Under the pieces are notes generated by a model. It saw nothing but the letters and a program-made list of their open reading frames with translations, was not told the DNA's origin and did no database searches. Made by a program: the position numbers and the translations under genes. Shown piece after piece: positions 30,439 to 40,502 of a stretch of DNA of 64,000 bases. The stretch lies in the NCBI GenBank assembly GCA_965222375.1, contig CBDCTZ010000016.1, forward strand, positions 2,848,001-2,912,000. The letters are read 5' to 3'. Within the stretch, counting starts at the first letter, position 1, and each line of letters begins with the position of its first letter. The DNA comes from Polyangiaceae bacterium (GTDB taxonomy: Bacteria > Myxococcota_A > Polyangia > Polyangiales > Polyangiaceae).

Positions 30439-30523
30439 CGGCAATCGGTCGAAACAAGCCATTGCGCGTGCACCCGATGCGCGCTTGGCCCCGAACCGAG
30501 AGACACGCTCGCGCGGCTCTGCG

Positions 30524-31447
30524 CTACTGCGCGGAGCGCGCGCAGCGGAACGCGTAGGCGCCGGCGTTGATCCCGTGGGTGACTCGACGTGCCACGGGAT
30601 CCACAGCATCCGTAGCGGTGCGTCGATCGCCGCCGCGGGCGGCTGTTACTACTTTCTGCGGGGGCCATTCGCACTTTCCTGGACCGGCAGGGCAATCAGG
30701 TAGATTGAGCGGCATGGCGGTGTAGTTTTCCCCATACACCTCCGGAGATGGCGCTAGCATTTCCCAGAATCCGCCGATCAGGTCGTACACGCCCTCGGGA
30801 GAAGGTCGGTAAGTGGCAACCAGGCTGATGTCGGCGTGCCCATCAGACGGATTGGGAGTGCCGCAGCTGGTCGAATCGAGGTTGGCGTCGCTACAACGCG
30901 GCGCGCGATCACCCCAGGGAAACTGGCGCGTCCCCCCAGCGGTTACGATGTACTCCCACTCAGCCTCGGTGAGCCAACGTTTGCCGAAGCGGCCACACAG
31001 CTCTTGTACGTCCTCCACGGCTTCAACAGCGTCCCAGGTTTGGCGTCCGAAATGAATGCCGAGCGGTTGATACAGATGTCTGCCGCAACTCAGGTCGCCA
31101 GACGGACAATCCGTATTCTGCGCCGGCACCCGATGGAAGACTCGCACCGTAGCATCGACCCAAAATGGCTCGACCGTCACTGTCCTGGGCTGGTCGCGCA
31201 GCGGACACTCGGTCGGATCAGGCGGGATTTCTAGAGCTCCAGCCCGGTCGCAATAGCCTGCACCCATCACGAAGGTGCCACCAGCAAAGAAGATTTCCTT
31301 GACGGTGCACACGCCGTCGACCATCTCGTGGCTGGGGGGGCAACCTGACTTGGGATACGTCGGGATGGGCTTGTCCTCGTCGGTGGTGCCACCGCAGGCC
31401 ACGGCGCATAGCGCGCAGCAGAGGACCGTGAATCGATGGCCGGGCAC
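30524..31447 (-). CDS. FGE-sulfatase (C-type lectin fold) lipoprotein, paralog A
   Basis: AVAC lipobox; GGTFVMG, LTEAEWEY, FPWG, GVYDLIG..WE, RGG, FRCAR; GTG start after GGAG. Confidence 0.85.
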   Translation of the reverse strand: MPGHRFTVLCCALCAVACGGTTDEDKPIPTYPKSGCPPSHEMVDGVCTVKEIFFAGGTFVMGAGYCDRAGALEIPPDPTECPLRDQPRTVTVEPFWVDATVRVFHRVPAQNTDCPSGDLSCGRHLYQPLGIHFGRQTWDAVEAVEDVQELCGRFGKRWLTEAEWEYIVTAGGTRQFPWGDRAPRCSDANLDSTSCGTPNPSDGHADISLVATYRPSPEGVYDLIGGFWEMLAPSPEVYGENYTAMPLNLPDCPAGPGKCEWPPQKVVTAARGGDRRTATDAVDPVARRVTHGINAGAYAFRCARSAQ

Positions 31448-31618
31448 GATCAGCTCCAGCGCCGCAACCCCAGCCCAACGACGCCAAGTGTGATCAGGAG
31501 CATCGACCAAGGTGTTGTGGGTGAGCGTTCACCCGCAAGTGTCCACAAATCTCGATTCATCACCGCTTCCTGCGCGGCGAGACAGGCAGAGCTGACGAGT
31601 GCCCGCTAAGCACCAGCG

Positions 31619-32545
31619 CTACTCCCCGGAGCGCGCGCAGCGGAATGCGTAGGCGCCGGCGTTGATCCCGTGGGTGATTCGACGTGCCACGGGATCCACA
31701 GCATCCGGAGCGGTGCGTCGATCGCCGCCGCGGGCGGCCGTTACTACCTTCTGCGGGGGCCATTCGCACTTTCCTGGACCGGCGGGGCAATCAGGTAGAT
31801 TGAGCGGCACGGCGGTGTAGTTTTCCCCATACACCTCCGGTGACGGCGCTAGCATTTCCCAGAATCCACCGATCAGATCGTACACGCCCTCCGGTGAGGG
31901 TCGGTAGGTGGCAACTAGACTGATGTCGTCGTGCCCATCCGAGGGGTTGGGTGTGCCGCAGTTGGTCGAATCGAGATTGGCGTCGCTGCAACGCGGCGCG
32001 CGCTCGCCCCAAGGGAACTTTCGCGTCCCCCCAGCGGTTACGATGTACTCCCACTCCGCTTCGGTGAGCCAGCGTTTGCCGCGTTTGACACAGGTCTTGT
32101 TGGTTCTCGCGACAGCTTTTTTTTCGTCGGCGATGTTGGGCGCAAACGCAACCCCGCTAGGTTGATAAAGTGGCCTGCCACAGCCGAGGTCTCGCGATGC
32201 ACATTCAATGCCAGATCCCGGCGGGTAGCCATCAGCTGTTACCACTGTCGCATCCACATAAAACGGCTCGACCGTCACGGTCCTGGGCTGGTCGCGAAGG
32301 GGACACTCGGTGAAATCAGGCGGGATCTCTAGGGCCCCAGCCCGGTCACAATAGCCTGCACCCATCGCGAAGGTGCCACCGGGAAAGAAGACTTCCTTGA
32401 CGGTGCACACGCCGTCGACCATCTCGTGGCTGGGGGGGCAACCTGACTTGGGATACGTCGGGATGGGCTTGTCCTCGTCGGTGGTGCCACCGCAGGCCAC
32501 GGCGCATAGCGCGCAGCAGAGGACCGTGAATCGATGGCCGGGCAC
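31619..32545 (-). CDS. FGE-sulfatase lipoprotein, paralog B
   Basis: Near-identical to paralog A outside a central ~55-aa segment. Confidence 0.85.
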   Translation of the reverse strand: MPGHRFTVLCCALCAVACGGTTDEDKPIPTYPKSGCPPSHEMVDGVCTVKEVFFPGGTFAMGAGYCDRAGALEIPPDFTECPLRDQPRTVTVEPFYVDATVVTADGYPPGSGIECASRDLGCGRPLYQPSGVAFAPNIADEKKAVARTNKTCVKRGKRWLTEAEWEYIVTAGGTRKFPWGERAPRCSDANLDSTNCGTPNPSDGHDDISLVATYRPSPEGVYDLIGGFWEMLAPSPEVYGENYTAVPLNLPDCPAGPGKCEWPPQKVVTAARGGDRRTAPDAVDPVARRITHGINAGAYAFRCARSGE

Positions 32546-32547
32546 GA

Positions 32548-35342
32548 TCAGCTCCAGCGCCGCATTCCCAGCCCAACGACGCCAAGTGTGATCAGGAGCA
32601 TCGACCAAGGTGTTGTGGGTGAGCGTTCACCCGCAGTTCGGCAGGAACAGCCACCACCTCCGCCGCCAGGAACGTCGATTTCGATGAACGCAGGGGTTTG
32701 GGCGTTGGCACTGACGATGCAATTGATCGGGTCGTCGGGGCCCGACGCGGAGGCGAGGCATTGACGCAGCCGATAGTAGACTCGACCCGAGCCTTGTTCC
32801 GCTGCAGCAACCGCGGCTTGCCAGTTCGCGCTCGACGGTTGTTTGAGCGCAAACCCCGCTGGGGCGCAGTTGGTTCGAATCGAGGTGTCGATCACGATTA
32901 GCTGGCGCTGTTGCTGCGCGAACGCTGCGGTACTGCTCAGCTCGAAGTACACGATCTGACCGGTGGCACCCACACGCTGATAACGACTTCCGAACGGCGC
33001 GAAGATCTCGAAGGTCGGCACCGCACCGCCCGTCCATTCCAGAGGACCTCCAGCCGTGATGGACGCGGAGCTCATGCCCCGTGCCGTGCCGTCGTCGCAC
33101 GTGGCCGTGTCACAACTGAGCTGCGGACGCTTGTCGATGTCGTCGTCCAGGCCCAGACCACCCCAAATATGAGCTAGGGGCGGAAACACGCCCTTTTCCG
33201 CGAAGGCCGCGCGTGCAATGTGAACGTACCGGCGCGCGCTCTCGCCCGGTTGAGCCGCGAGGAAGGCCAGCAGGCCACCGAGGTAGAACATCTCGTTGTC
33301 ACTCGGCCTCTGGAGCTTGCGTTCCGCTTGAAGCAGGTGCTGCGCGAAGAACCCAGGCCCAATGCCGGCTTGGCGGAAGCGTTGTTGGTACAGATACATT
33401 CCGCCGCCCAGGATCAGCTGGCGCACTCCCCACTTATACTGCTCTCCCGACCCGGGATGGCAAACTGGGTCTAGACCAGGGCCACTTTCCCAAAACCCGA
33501 ACGCCTCGTTGTTGCATAGCCGTCGTACTCCGGCTGGACCCACGCCAGTCTGGTAGGTCCCGCGATTGCCGCTGCAGACGGCCAATTCTGAGGGGCTCAG
33601 GTGGGCTGCACCCAAAGTTCCTTGTATTCCACGAGTGGATACAGCGGAAAACCCATCCGCGGTGCCCTCGAGCAGGTACGCGCGGCGACATTCTGCGCCG
33701 CAGCTGCTGCCCCCGGAACCAGACGGCGGAAAGGGAAACAAGTCCTCCCCCGTCACGAACTTCTGCCAACCAGCAAACTGCGCCAGGGACTCCTGGATGT
33801 GGTGGTGGTATTCGTGGGCGAAGACGTCGCCGCCGCCGGGACCGTCATATTCCACGAGGTCCTCGGCAGGGTTCTCGAACGCGCCCATCTTCAGAATGCG
33901 CCGGCCCGCCCGAAACCTGAACGCGTTCGGGGGCAAGCCATCCAGCTCCGGGTTCCAATGCACCGTCACTTCGGTGCGGAAGCGGTCCTGGCCGTTGACC
34001 ACGAACTTCGGATCGAGCAGGGCGTAGAAGCGCTGCAGCTTGGCCATGTTGTAGAAGGCCTGCAGCTCGGCGTGGTGGGCGGGGCCAACGGCTTGGACCG
34101 GCGCGGATTGCTGGTCGCGGACGTAGGCAAGCAAACTGTTCGAGTCTGTTGGCCGACTCGCTACCTGGTCGTACACCCCGTGCACCGGCTCGCCGCCCCA
34201 GGTGCTCGCGAAGTCGAGCACCTGAGGCGGCAACGGATCGAAGCTGTCGGGTGGGTTGGTGAAATCGAGGTCTGGTCGAGGCGCGACCAGGGGCTGCGTG
34301 AGCGCACCGTCCACGTCGCGCAGCACGTCGTTGTAGCAGATCGCGAATCCCCGGGCGTACTGCTGCGGGCCCTGTCCGACGCAATTCTGTTTGCCCGCTT
34401 CGACCGGCGCCGTGTCTAGGATCCCCTGGCCGCTGCCCACCGGGATCGGCGTGTTTCGCTCGGCAACTCCGACGGTGTAGTCGAGATCGTAGCCGTTGAA
34501 GGTGAAGGGCTTCGTATTGTCGCCCACTGCCAGCACGTTTCCCTGGCCGTCGAGCTCCACGGCGATTTCTCTGCGGCCGTCGCTGAGTACGGCATAGAAG
34601 TGGGCGCTGGCGATTGGGCCGTCTGCAACCAGGAGCCGCTCGATGTCGCCGTAGCCTGCGGGCAGCTCCGCCGCATTGCGCGCGATATCCAAAGCGGAGT
34701 CTTCGGCCAATTGGAACGGTTCGAAGCGCGTGGGAGCTTGCAGCGGCAAGCGGCAGTACAAGATCGCTGCGGTGGTCTGTCCGGACTCGACGGACAGATC
34801 GCACTCGGCAGGAGACACGCGAACATCCTCGTGAAAGAACCCCGCTGTCCACATGCGTCGAGTGGCGCCGGCTTCGGTCAGCTCGCGTCGCTCCAGAACG
34901 GTGGCGTTTGCTGGAACCTGTCGTCCGGCCAGATCAACAGCCGATTCGATCAGCTCTTCGAGTTCCACCATCGTCGGCGATGCCGACGGGAGCTCGATGT
35001 CGGACAGAAGGAAGGTGGGCCAGTCGGGGTGGCCTTGCAGACTGGCTCGCCGAAACGCGCGGCGCGCGCTTGCGTTGAAGCGACCGGGTCGAAAGCCAGG
35101 CGCCTCGCGCACGCCGTGGGAGATCACGGGGCCGAAGGGATCGGCGGCTCGCTGGTGCTTGCGGTTACGGCAGTCGACCCAGGGTTGGTCCGCGCCGTGG
35201 TCACCGCCGTCGTCGTTGCCCGCGCCGGGGCCGGATAGGGGCTGCGTCAGCCGTGTCGACTCGGACTTCGAGTCGGAGGCGCAAGCGATAGAGCCTACCA
35301 CTGAGAGAGAGAGAGAGAGAGCGTCAACGTGATGCGGTGCAT
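32548..35342 (-). CDS. Gluzincin metallopeptidase (M4/M36-like) with MYXO-CTERM-like tail; frameshifted in signal peptide at (TC)9
   Basis: AHEYHH + EGTAD; C-terminal GGGGGCSC...TM-RR; GGAGG-ATG at 35342 is out of frame unless the repeat has 8 units. Confidence 0.75.
35303..35321. repeat. (GA)9/(TC)9 simple sequence repeat
   Basis: Directly visible. Confidence 0.95.
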
Positions 35343-35685
35343 TTTTCCTCCCCGGAAACCTTCGGTCCTGTGACTCGAAATGATGCGCCTCGGCGCGATG
35401 CGTCGCAAGCGTGTTTGTCATGTTGGCGTGTAGGCGCGCATGCGACATGTCGTCACGGCGTTTGCACGCTCACGTTACGGAACAGTTGGCGAACTGCACC
35501 GACCGGCAGACGTACTCGCAACGCCTCGGATCCCAAGGTGATCTCGACGATAGAGCAGAATCTGCGCAACTCGTCGTGTGGCGAGCCTCGCGCGGCAGTT
35601 CGAGCGAGGTTGCAGGTTTCCGTGCCACGAAGTGCCATTGTCAACGCTCGGCCCGGCGTGGGAGTAGTGGCCCAGGTTGCGCTCG

Positions 35686-35848
35686 CGAACCGACCCCAAA
35701 CCCAAACCTTCACAACCGGCGTGGAGGGGGCCATGAGCCCGTGGCAGCTCTTGCGGACCACGCGGCGCGTCCGGGGAGCCAGCACGCCTGTAGCAGCCGC
35801 TCAGAAGGCGGCGTTGCCCGGAGTGCGCGGGTAGGGGATGGCGTCGCG
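35686..35848 (+). repeat. asnS-proximal copy of island boundary repeat (X + spacer + asnS 3' end)
   Basis: Homologous in two pieces to 29623-29669 and 30359-30438. Confidence 0.8.
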
Positions 35849-37204
35849 GATGTTGGCCACTCCGGTGGCGTACACCACGAGGCGCTCCAGGCCCAGGCCG
35901 AAACCAGCGTGGGGCACGGTGCCAAAGCGGCGCAGATCCCGGTACCAACCGTAGTCGGCCGGGTCGAGATCGAAGGCCCGCAGGCGCTGATCCAAGACGT
36001 CGAGGCGTTCCTCACGCTGAGAGCCACCGATGATCTCGCCAATACCGGGTGCCAGCACGTCCATGGCGGCGACGGTCTTTTCGTCGTCGTTCAGACGCAT
36101 GTAAAACGCCTTGATTTCGGCCGGGTAGTTCATCACGACCACGGGCTTCTTGAAGTGCTTTTCCACCAGGAAACGCTCGTGTTCGGTTTGCAGGTCTGCG
36201 CCCCACTTCACCGGGAACTCGAACTTCATCTTGGCGCTTTGCAAGATCTTGATCGCGTCCGTGTAGTCAACGCGGGCGAAGCTGGAGTCCACGAAGCCTT
36301 CGAGGCGTTCGATGGCAGTCTTCTCGATACGTTGCGCGAAAAACGCCATGTCATCGGGTCGTTCCTCGAGCACGGCGCGAAAGACGTATTTGAGAAAGTC
36401 CTCTGCGAGATCTGCGTCGTCTTTGAGATCCGCGAAGGCGATTTCCGGCTCTACCATCCAGAACTCGGCTAGGTGCCGCGCGGTGTTGGAGTTTTCTGCA
36501 CGGAAGGTCGGTCCAAATGTGTACACCTTGGACAGCGCCAAGCAGTACGCTTCCACGGCGAGTTGCCCGCTGACAGTTAGAAAGGCCTCCCTGCCGAAGA
36601 AGTCCTGGGCGTAGTCAATCTTGCCTTCAGGCGTACGGGGCAGGTTGGCCATGTCCAGGGTGCTGACCCGGAACATGTCGCCGGCGCCTTCACAATCGCT
36701 GGCGGTGATGATGGGTGTGTTCACCCATACGAAGTCGCGCTCGTGAAAGTAGCGATGAATGGCTTGGGCAATTGTCTGACGCACCCGCGCGACCGCGCTG
36801 AAGGTATTGGTGCGGGGCCTCAGATGGGCCACTTCGCGCAGAAACTCGAAGCTGTGAGCTTTGGGCTGAATCGGGTAGGACTCCGGATCGTCGACGAGGC
36901 CAATGACTTCGATGGTCTGTGCTTGAATCTCGAAAGCCTGGCCCTTGCCTCGAGAGCGCACCAAGTTGCCCGTGCAGCGCAAAGAGGCGCCGCTCGTCAC
37001 GTGCAGGATTTCCTTCTCGTAGTTCGGGAGGCTGTTTTGCGCCACGAGCTGAATCGGCGCGAAGCACGACCCATCGTGCAGATGGATGAATGAGAGGCCT
37101 GCTTTCGAATCCCGTCGAGTCCGGGCCCAGCCCTGCACGGTCACTTCCGTGCCTTCTGCCACCTCACCGCTCAATGCGCGTTTGACCGAAATCGTCGTTG
37201 TCAT
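35801..37204 (-). CDS. asnS: Asparagine--tRNA ligase
   Basis: [43 protein letters not shown]. Confidence 0.98.
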   Translation of the reverse strand: MTTTISVKRALSGEVAEGTEVTVQGWARTRRDSKAGLSFIHLHDGSCFAPIQLVAQNSLPNYEKEILHVTSGASLRCTGNLVRSRGKGQAFEIQAQTIEVIGLVDDPESYPIQPKAHSFEFLREVAHLRPRTNTFSAVARVRQTIAQAIHRYFHERDFVWVNTPIITASDCEGAGDMFRVSTLDMANLPRTPEGKIDYAQDFFGREAFLTVSGQLAVEAYCLALSKVYTFGPTFRAENSNTARHLAEFWMVEPEIAFADLKDDADLAEDFLKYVFRAVLEERPDDMAFFAQRIEKTAIERLEGFVDSSFARVDYTDAIKILQSAKMKFEFPVKWGADLQTEHERFLVEKHFKKPVVVMNYPAEIKAFYMRLNDDEKTVAAMDVLAPGIGEIIGGSQREERLDVLDQRLRAFDLDPADYGWYRDLRRFGTVPHAGFGLGLERLVVYATGVANIRDAIPYPRTPGNAAF

Positions 37205-37303
37205 GCTGCTAATCCTCGTGCCCGTGGGCGGCCGGAACCATACACGATTGGGGTGCGGGCGCGCCGCACCGAAGCGAAGCGAAGTCGCTATGGGAGCGCC
37301 GCG

Positions 37304-37843
37304 CTACTCGGCAGCCATGGGGCTGAGCGGCTGAAGGTCGCCTTGTGCTAGCTGCTCCTCCATCACCTCAGCCCAAGCCCGCAGGTATGAGATCACGTTG
37401 CCGCGGTCGGCATAGGGGAAGTCCACGGAGTTCGTTCCCAGCCGCCTACGGATCTGCGGATCCGATAGCCGCTCCAAGTGTGCAATGTCGGCTGCCTCCA
37501 AGCCCGCGGCAGCCATCTGCCTCAAGATCTGCGTCATGGGTACGCCCGTGTTCGGGCAGGCCCCGAGGTCTTCGGGCTCCCAAGCGCCCTCGTCTAGGGC
37601 GGGTCGGTCTCCGTAGTCGGGAAGGTCCATCGTCAGCGCCTGTTGGGCCCAGTCCCCCTCTCGCACCGCCGCGGCGTCGTAGATCTGTCGAGGCGACAAG
37701 CGGGTCAGAGTTTGAGCCAGGTTCCCGCAATTGCAGTGAGCGAAGTGAGACCAGCGGTACGTGCTGGCGCCAGTTTCCAATCGCATGGCGGTTTCTCGGA
37801 GTGCCTCGGCGAGTAGCGCGCTAGGTCGGGCCATCACCTTCAA
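37304..37843 (-). CDS. Hypothetical protein (HCNCG motif)
   Basis: 179-aa ORF in a co-oriented gene run. Confidence 0.7.
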   Translation of the reverse strand: MKVMARPSALLAEALRETAMRLETGASTYRWSHFAHCNCGNLAQTLTRLSPRQIYDAAAVREGDWAQQALTMDLPDYGDRPALDEGAWEPEDLGACPNTGVPMTQILRQMAAAGLEAADIAHLERLSDPQIRRRLGTNSVDFPYADRGNVISYLRAWAEVMEEQLAQGDLQPLSPMAAE

Positions 37844-37882
37844 GTGTAGCGCACAATCCGTGCGCTGGAACCGGCACCTGCG

Positions 37883-37990
37883 CCCAGCGGCTCGGGCGGG
37901 TTCAGCCGGCCTCGCGGCAACCCTGACGGCAACCGTTGCAGCAGCTCCGGGGCCCCAGCGGCTCGGGCGGAGTTCAGCCGGTCTCGCGGC
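37883..37990 (+). repeat. Imperfect ~36-bp direct repeat duplicating the speD stop region
   Basis: cccagcggctcgggcgg(a)gttcagccgg.ctcgcggc at 37883-37918 and 37954-37990. Confidence 0.8.
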
Positions 37991-38405
37991 CGCGGCCTTC
38001 GCGAGTTCGGCTCACGATGCGCACGTCTTGGGGCACGAGCTTTCGTCCGGCCTCGATGTCCGCCGGCAGGCCGCGCGTGATTTCCTGGAGCCGATAGCTC
38101 GACGCGCTCAGTCGCGCCGCCAGCGTCTCCACTCCATGGTTGGGGTCGAGTTCGCCACAAGTGAAGATGTCCACAGCGACGTAGGCCTGCTCGGGCCAGG
38201 TGTGCAGGGACATGTGGCTTTCCGCGATGACCAACGTCCCACTGACCCCCTGGGGCGCGAAGCGATGAAACGCCTCCCCCACGACCGTGGCGCGGACGGC
38301 GTCCGCAGTGGCCAGCAAGATGGATCGCACGGCCTGGACGTCGTCGATGACGTTCATGTCGCAGTCGTAGAATTCAGCGATTAGATGGCGGCCGAGGGTC
38401 TTCAC
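37974..38405 (-). CDS. speD: S-adenosylmethionine decarboxylase proenzyme
   Basis: LGRHLIAE, IAESH (cleavage site), HTWPE, DIFTCG. Confidence 0.95.
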   Translation of the reverse strand: MKTLGRHLIAEFYDCDMNVIDDVQAVRSILLATADAVRATVVGEAFHRFAPQGVSGTLVIAESHMSLHTWPEQAYVAVDIFTCGELDPNHGVETLAARLSASSYRLQEITRGLPADIEAGRKLVPQDVRIVSRTREGRGRETG

Positions 38406-38455
38406 GAATTGGGTCCGGTAAACAGCAAGGCGCGAACATAGCGCGAGACGAAGCG

Positions 38456-39037
38456 GTGTGCGAGAGTTGCCGCGTGGAAGGCACCGTCGATTTCACTACC
38501 AAGGACGGGCGAGCTGCTCGGCTGCGAGTCGCGAGCGTTGCGGATGCCGCGGCCTTGGTGGAGTTGGACACTGCGCTGCTCGAGGCTGGTGACGGCACCG
38601 TGGGTGGGCCAGAGGATGCTCGCAGCGTTGAAGAGGAGGCGCGCCGCATCGACGATCTGTATCGGGGCTTCTCCGCCGGCGATGCCTCGACCAGCATCGT
38701 CGCCGAGCTGATGGAGCCACAGTCCAGGATCGTGGCAATGGCGGGTTTGAAGCAGTTCGGCCCTTCGTTCTTGCGGCATGTCGCTTACCTCGGGATCGGA
38801 GTTCATCCGAGCTTCCAGGCCCAGGGCGTTGGCCGCGCGCTGATGCAGGCGTTGCTGGATCACGCGAAGCTGTGCGGAATCGAGCGCCTCGAATTGTATG
38901 TTCGCTCCGACAATGTCCGCGCACACTCGCTGTATCGCGCCTTCGGATTTTCCTATGAGGGCACGCGCCGCAAGTTCGTGAAGATAGCAGGTGGCACCTA
39001 CATCGACGACCAGATCTGGGTGCGTTTTTTGGCGTGA
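38456..39037 (+). CDS. GNAT acetyltransferase
   Basis: VHPSFQAQGVGRAL, N..A..LY..FGF. Confidence 0.88.
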   Translation: MCESCRVEGTVDFTTKDGRAARLRVASVADAAALVELDTALLEAGDGTVGGPEDARSVEEEARRIDDLYRGFSAGDASTSIVAELMEPQSRIVAMAGLKQFGPSFLRHVAYLGIGVHPSFQAQGVGRALMQALLDHAKLCGIERLELYVRSDNVRAHSLYRAFGFSYEGTRRKFVKIAGGTYIDDQIWVRFLA

Positions 39038-39128
39038 TTGAGGGCGCAGCCGTGCCCCGAACTCGCGGGCAGGGCTGGGCAGACAGCGCCAACGACATTT
39101 TTGCGCGCCCATTGTCGTGGGGCTGGCT

Positions 39129-40385
39129 ATGGTGCCCAGCATCATGCAGCCAGGTGTTTTTCGATCCGTACCCCGCACCGGCGTCATCTACGTGATGGCC
39201 GAGGCGGCGCGCCACGGCTACCGCCAAGAAGATCCCGACTGGAGCAACCTGGGGCAAGGCATGCCCGAAGCCGGTGAATTAGCCGGCGCGCCCGCCCGAG
39301 TGCGACAAGTCAGTATCAGCGATGCCGACCAAGAGTATGCGCCCGTGGCCGGGTTGTGGGAACTGCGCGAAGCGGTGGCTGGCCTTTATAACGACTTGTT
39401 TCGTCGTGGTCATGGCTCCAAGTACAGCGCCGAGAATGTGGCCATCGCAGGTGGCGGCCGCGTGTCGATCATGCGCGCCTGCGCGGCCATCGGAACCGTG
39501 AACCTCGGACACTTCTTGCCCGACTACACGGCGTACGAAGAATTGTTGGACGTATTCCGGCGTTTCATACCGATCCCCGTGCTGCTCGATCCCGAGCGCG
39601 GCTACAGCTTCAGCGTGGACGAGCTGCGTCGCGAGATCTTGGGTCGCGGCCTGGGAGCCGTACTGCTCTCCAACCCCTGCAACCCCACTGGCAAGTTGAT
39701 CGCGGGGCAGGACTTGGAAGCGTGGGTTCAGACGGCGCGGGAGCTGGATTGTACGCTTCTGACCGATGAGTTCTATTCCCACTACATCTGGTCGGAGCAG
39801 CCGAGCATCGTGAGCGCAGCAGAGTACGTCGAAGACGTGGACAAGGATCCCGTCGTCATTTTCGATGGCTTGACGAAGAACTGGCGCTACCCGGGCTGGC
39901 GCACCACGTGGATTGTCGGGCCGAAGCCCGTGATCGAGGCGGCCGCCAGTGCCGGTTCGTTCTTGGACGGTGGCGGCTCTCGCCCGTTGCAGCGCGCGGC
40001 GGTCGAGATCGTGACAGCAGAGCATGCGCGCAAAGAAGGCGCGGCGATCCACAGCGTCTTTGGCAAGAAACGTCAGTGCTTGGTTGCAGGGCTGCGCGAC
40101 ATCGGGGTGCGCTTCGACGTTGAGCCGGAAGGAACCTTCTACGCATGGGGAGACCTCTCAGAGCTGCCTGAGTCTTTCCGCGATTGCGACGATTTCTTCC
40201 GAATGGCCCTCGAAGAGAAGGTCATCACCGTGCCTGGGAAGTTCTTCGACGTGGATCCGGGACAGCGCCGGTTGGGTCGCGCTTCGCGCTTCAACCACCA
40301 CATGCGCTTTTCTTTCGGACCGGAGCTGTCCAGGCTCGAGCAAGCCATCGACCGCCTCAAACGCCGGGTGGTGCAGGCCAAGTGA
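39129..40385 (+). CDS. PLP-dependent aminotransferase class I/II
   Basis: NLGQG.PE, SNPCNPTG, DEFY, GLTKNWRYPGWR; start uncertain. Confidence 0.92.
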   Translation: MVPSIMQPGVFRSVPRTGVIYVMAEAARHGYRQEDPDWSNLGQGMPEAGELAGAPARVRQVSISDADQEYAPVAGLWELREAVAGLYNDLFRRGHGSKYSAENVAIAGGGRVSIMRACAAIGTVNLGHFLPDYTAYEELLDVFRRFIPIPVLLDPERGYSFSVDELRREILGRGLGAVLLSNPCNPTGKLIAGQDLEAWVQTARELDCTLLTDEFYSHYIWSEQPSIVSAAEYVEDVDKDPVVIFDGLTKNWRYPGWRTTWIVGPKPVIEAAASAGSFLDGGGSRPLQRAAVEIVTAEHARKEGAAIHSVFGKKRQCLVAGLRDIGVRFDVEPEGTFYAWGDLSELPESFRDCDDFFRMALEEKVITVPGKFFDVDPGQRRLGRASRFNHHMRFSFGPELSRLEQAIDRLKRRVVQAK

Positions 40386-40502
40386 CGCCCCGGATTCCCC
40401 TTTGGATTTATCAATACATTCAGGGAGATGCGTGCAAAGGCATAATCCATTCCCCTTCACGCCACGCACTCTTCGTGGCGTCGTCTTTCGGAGGAATATC
40501 CC

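Noticed and set aside
30524..32608. Diversity-generating retroelement (FGE/CLec targets in two similar copies)
   Set aside because: No reverse transcriptase in the window; differences are central, include an indel and are not confined to adenines; both copies are full genes
35611..35627. Sigma54 promoter TGGCACG...TGCA upstream of the peptidase
   Set aside because: GG-to-GC spacing is one base too long
29623..35732. Integron attC sites (CACAAC-containing repeats)
   Set aside because: No matching GTTRRRY end or attC hairpin and no integron integrase
39129..40385. Aminotransferase as the dedicated Trp transaminase for the Ior operon
   Set aside because: About 7 kb away, separated by unrelated genes; no sequence evidence for specificity
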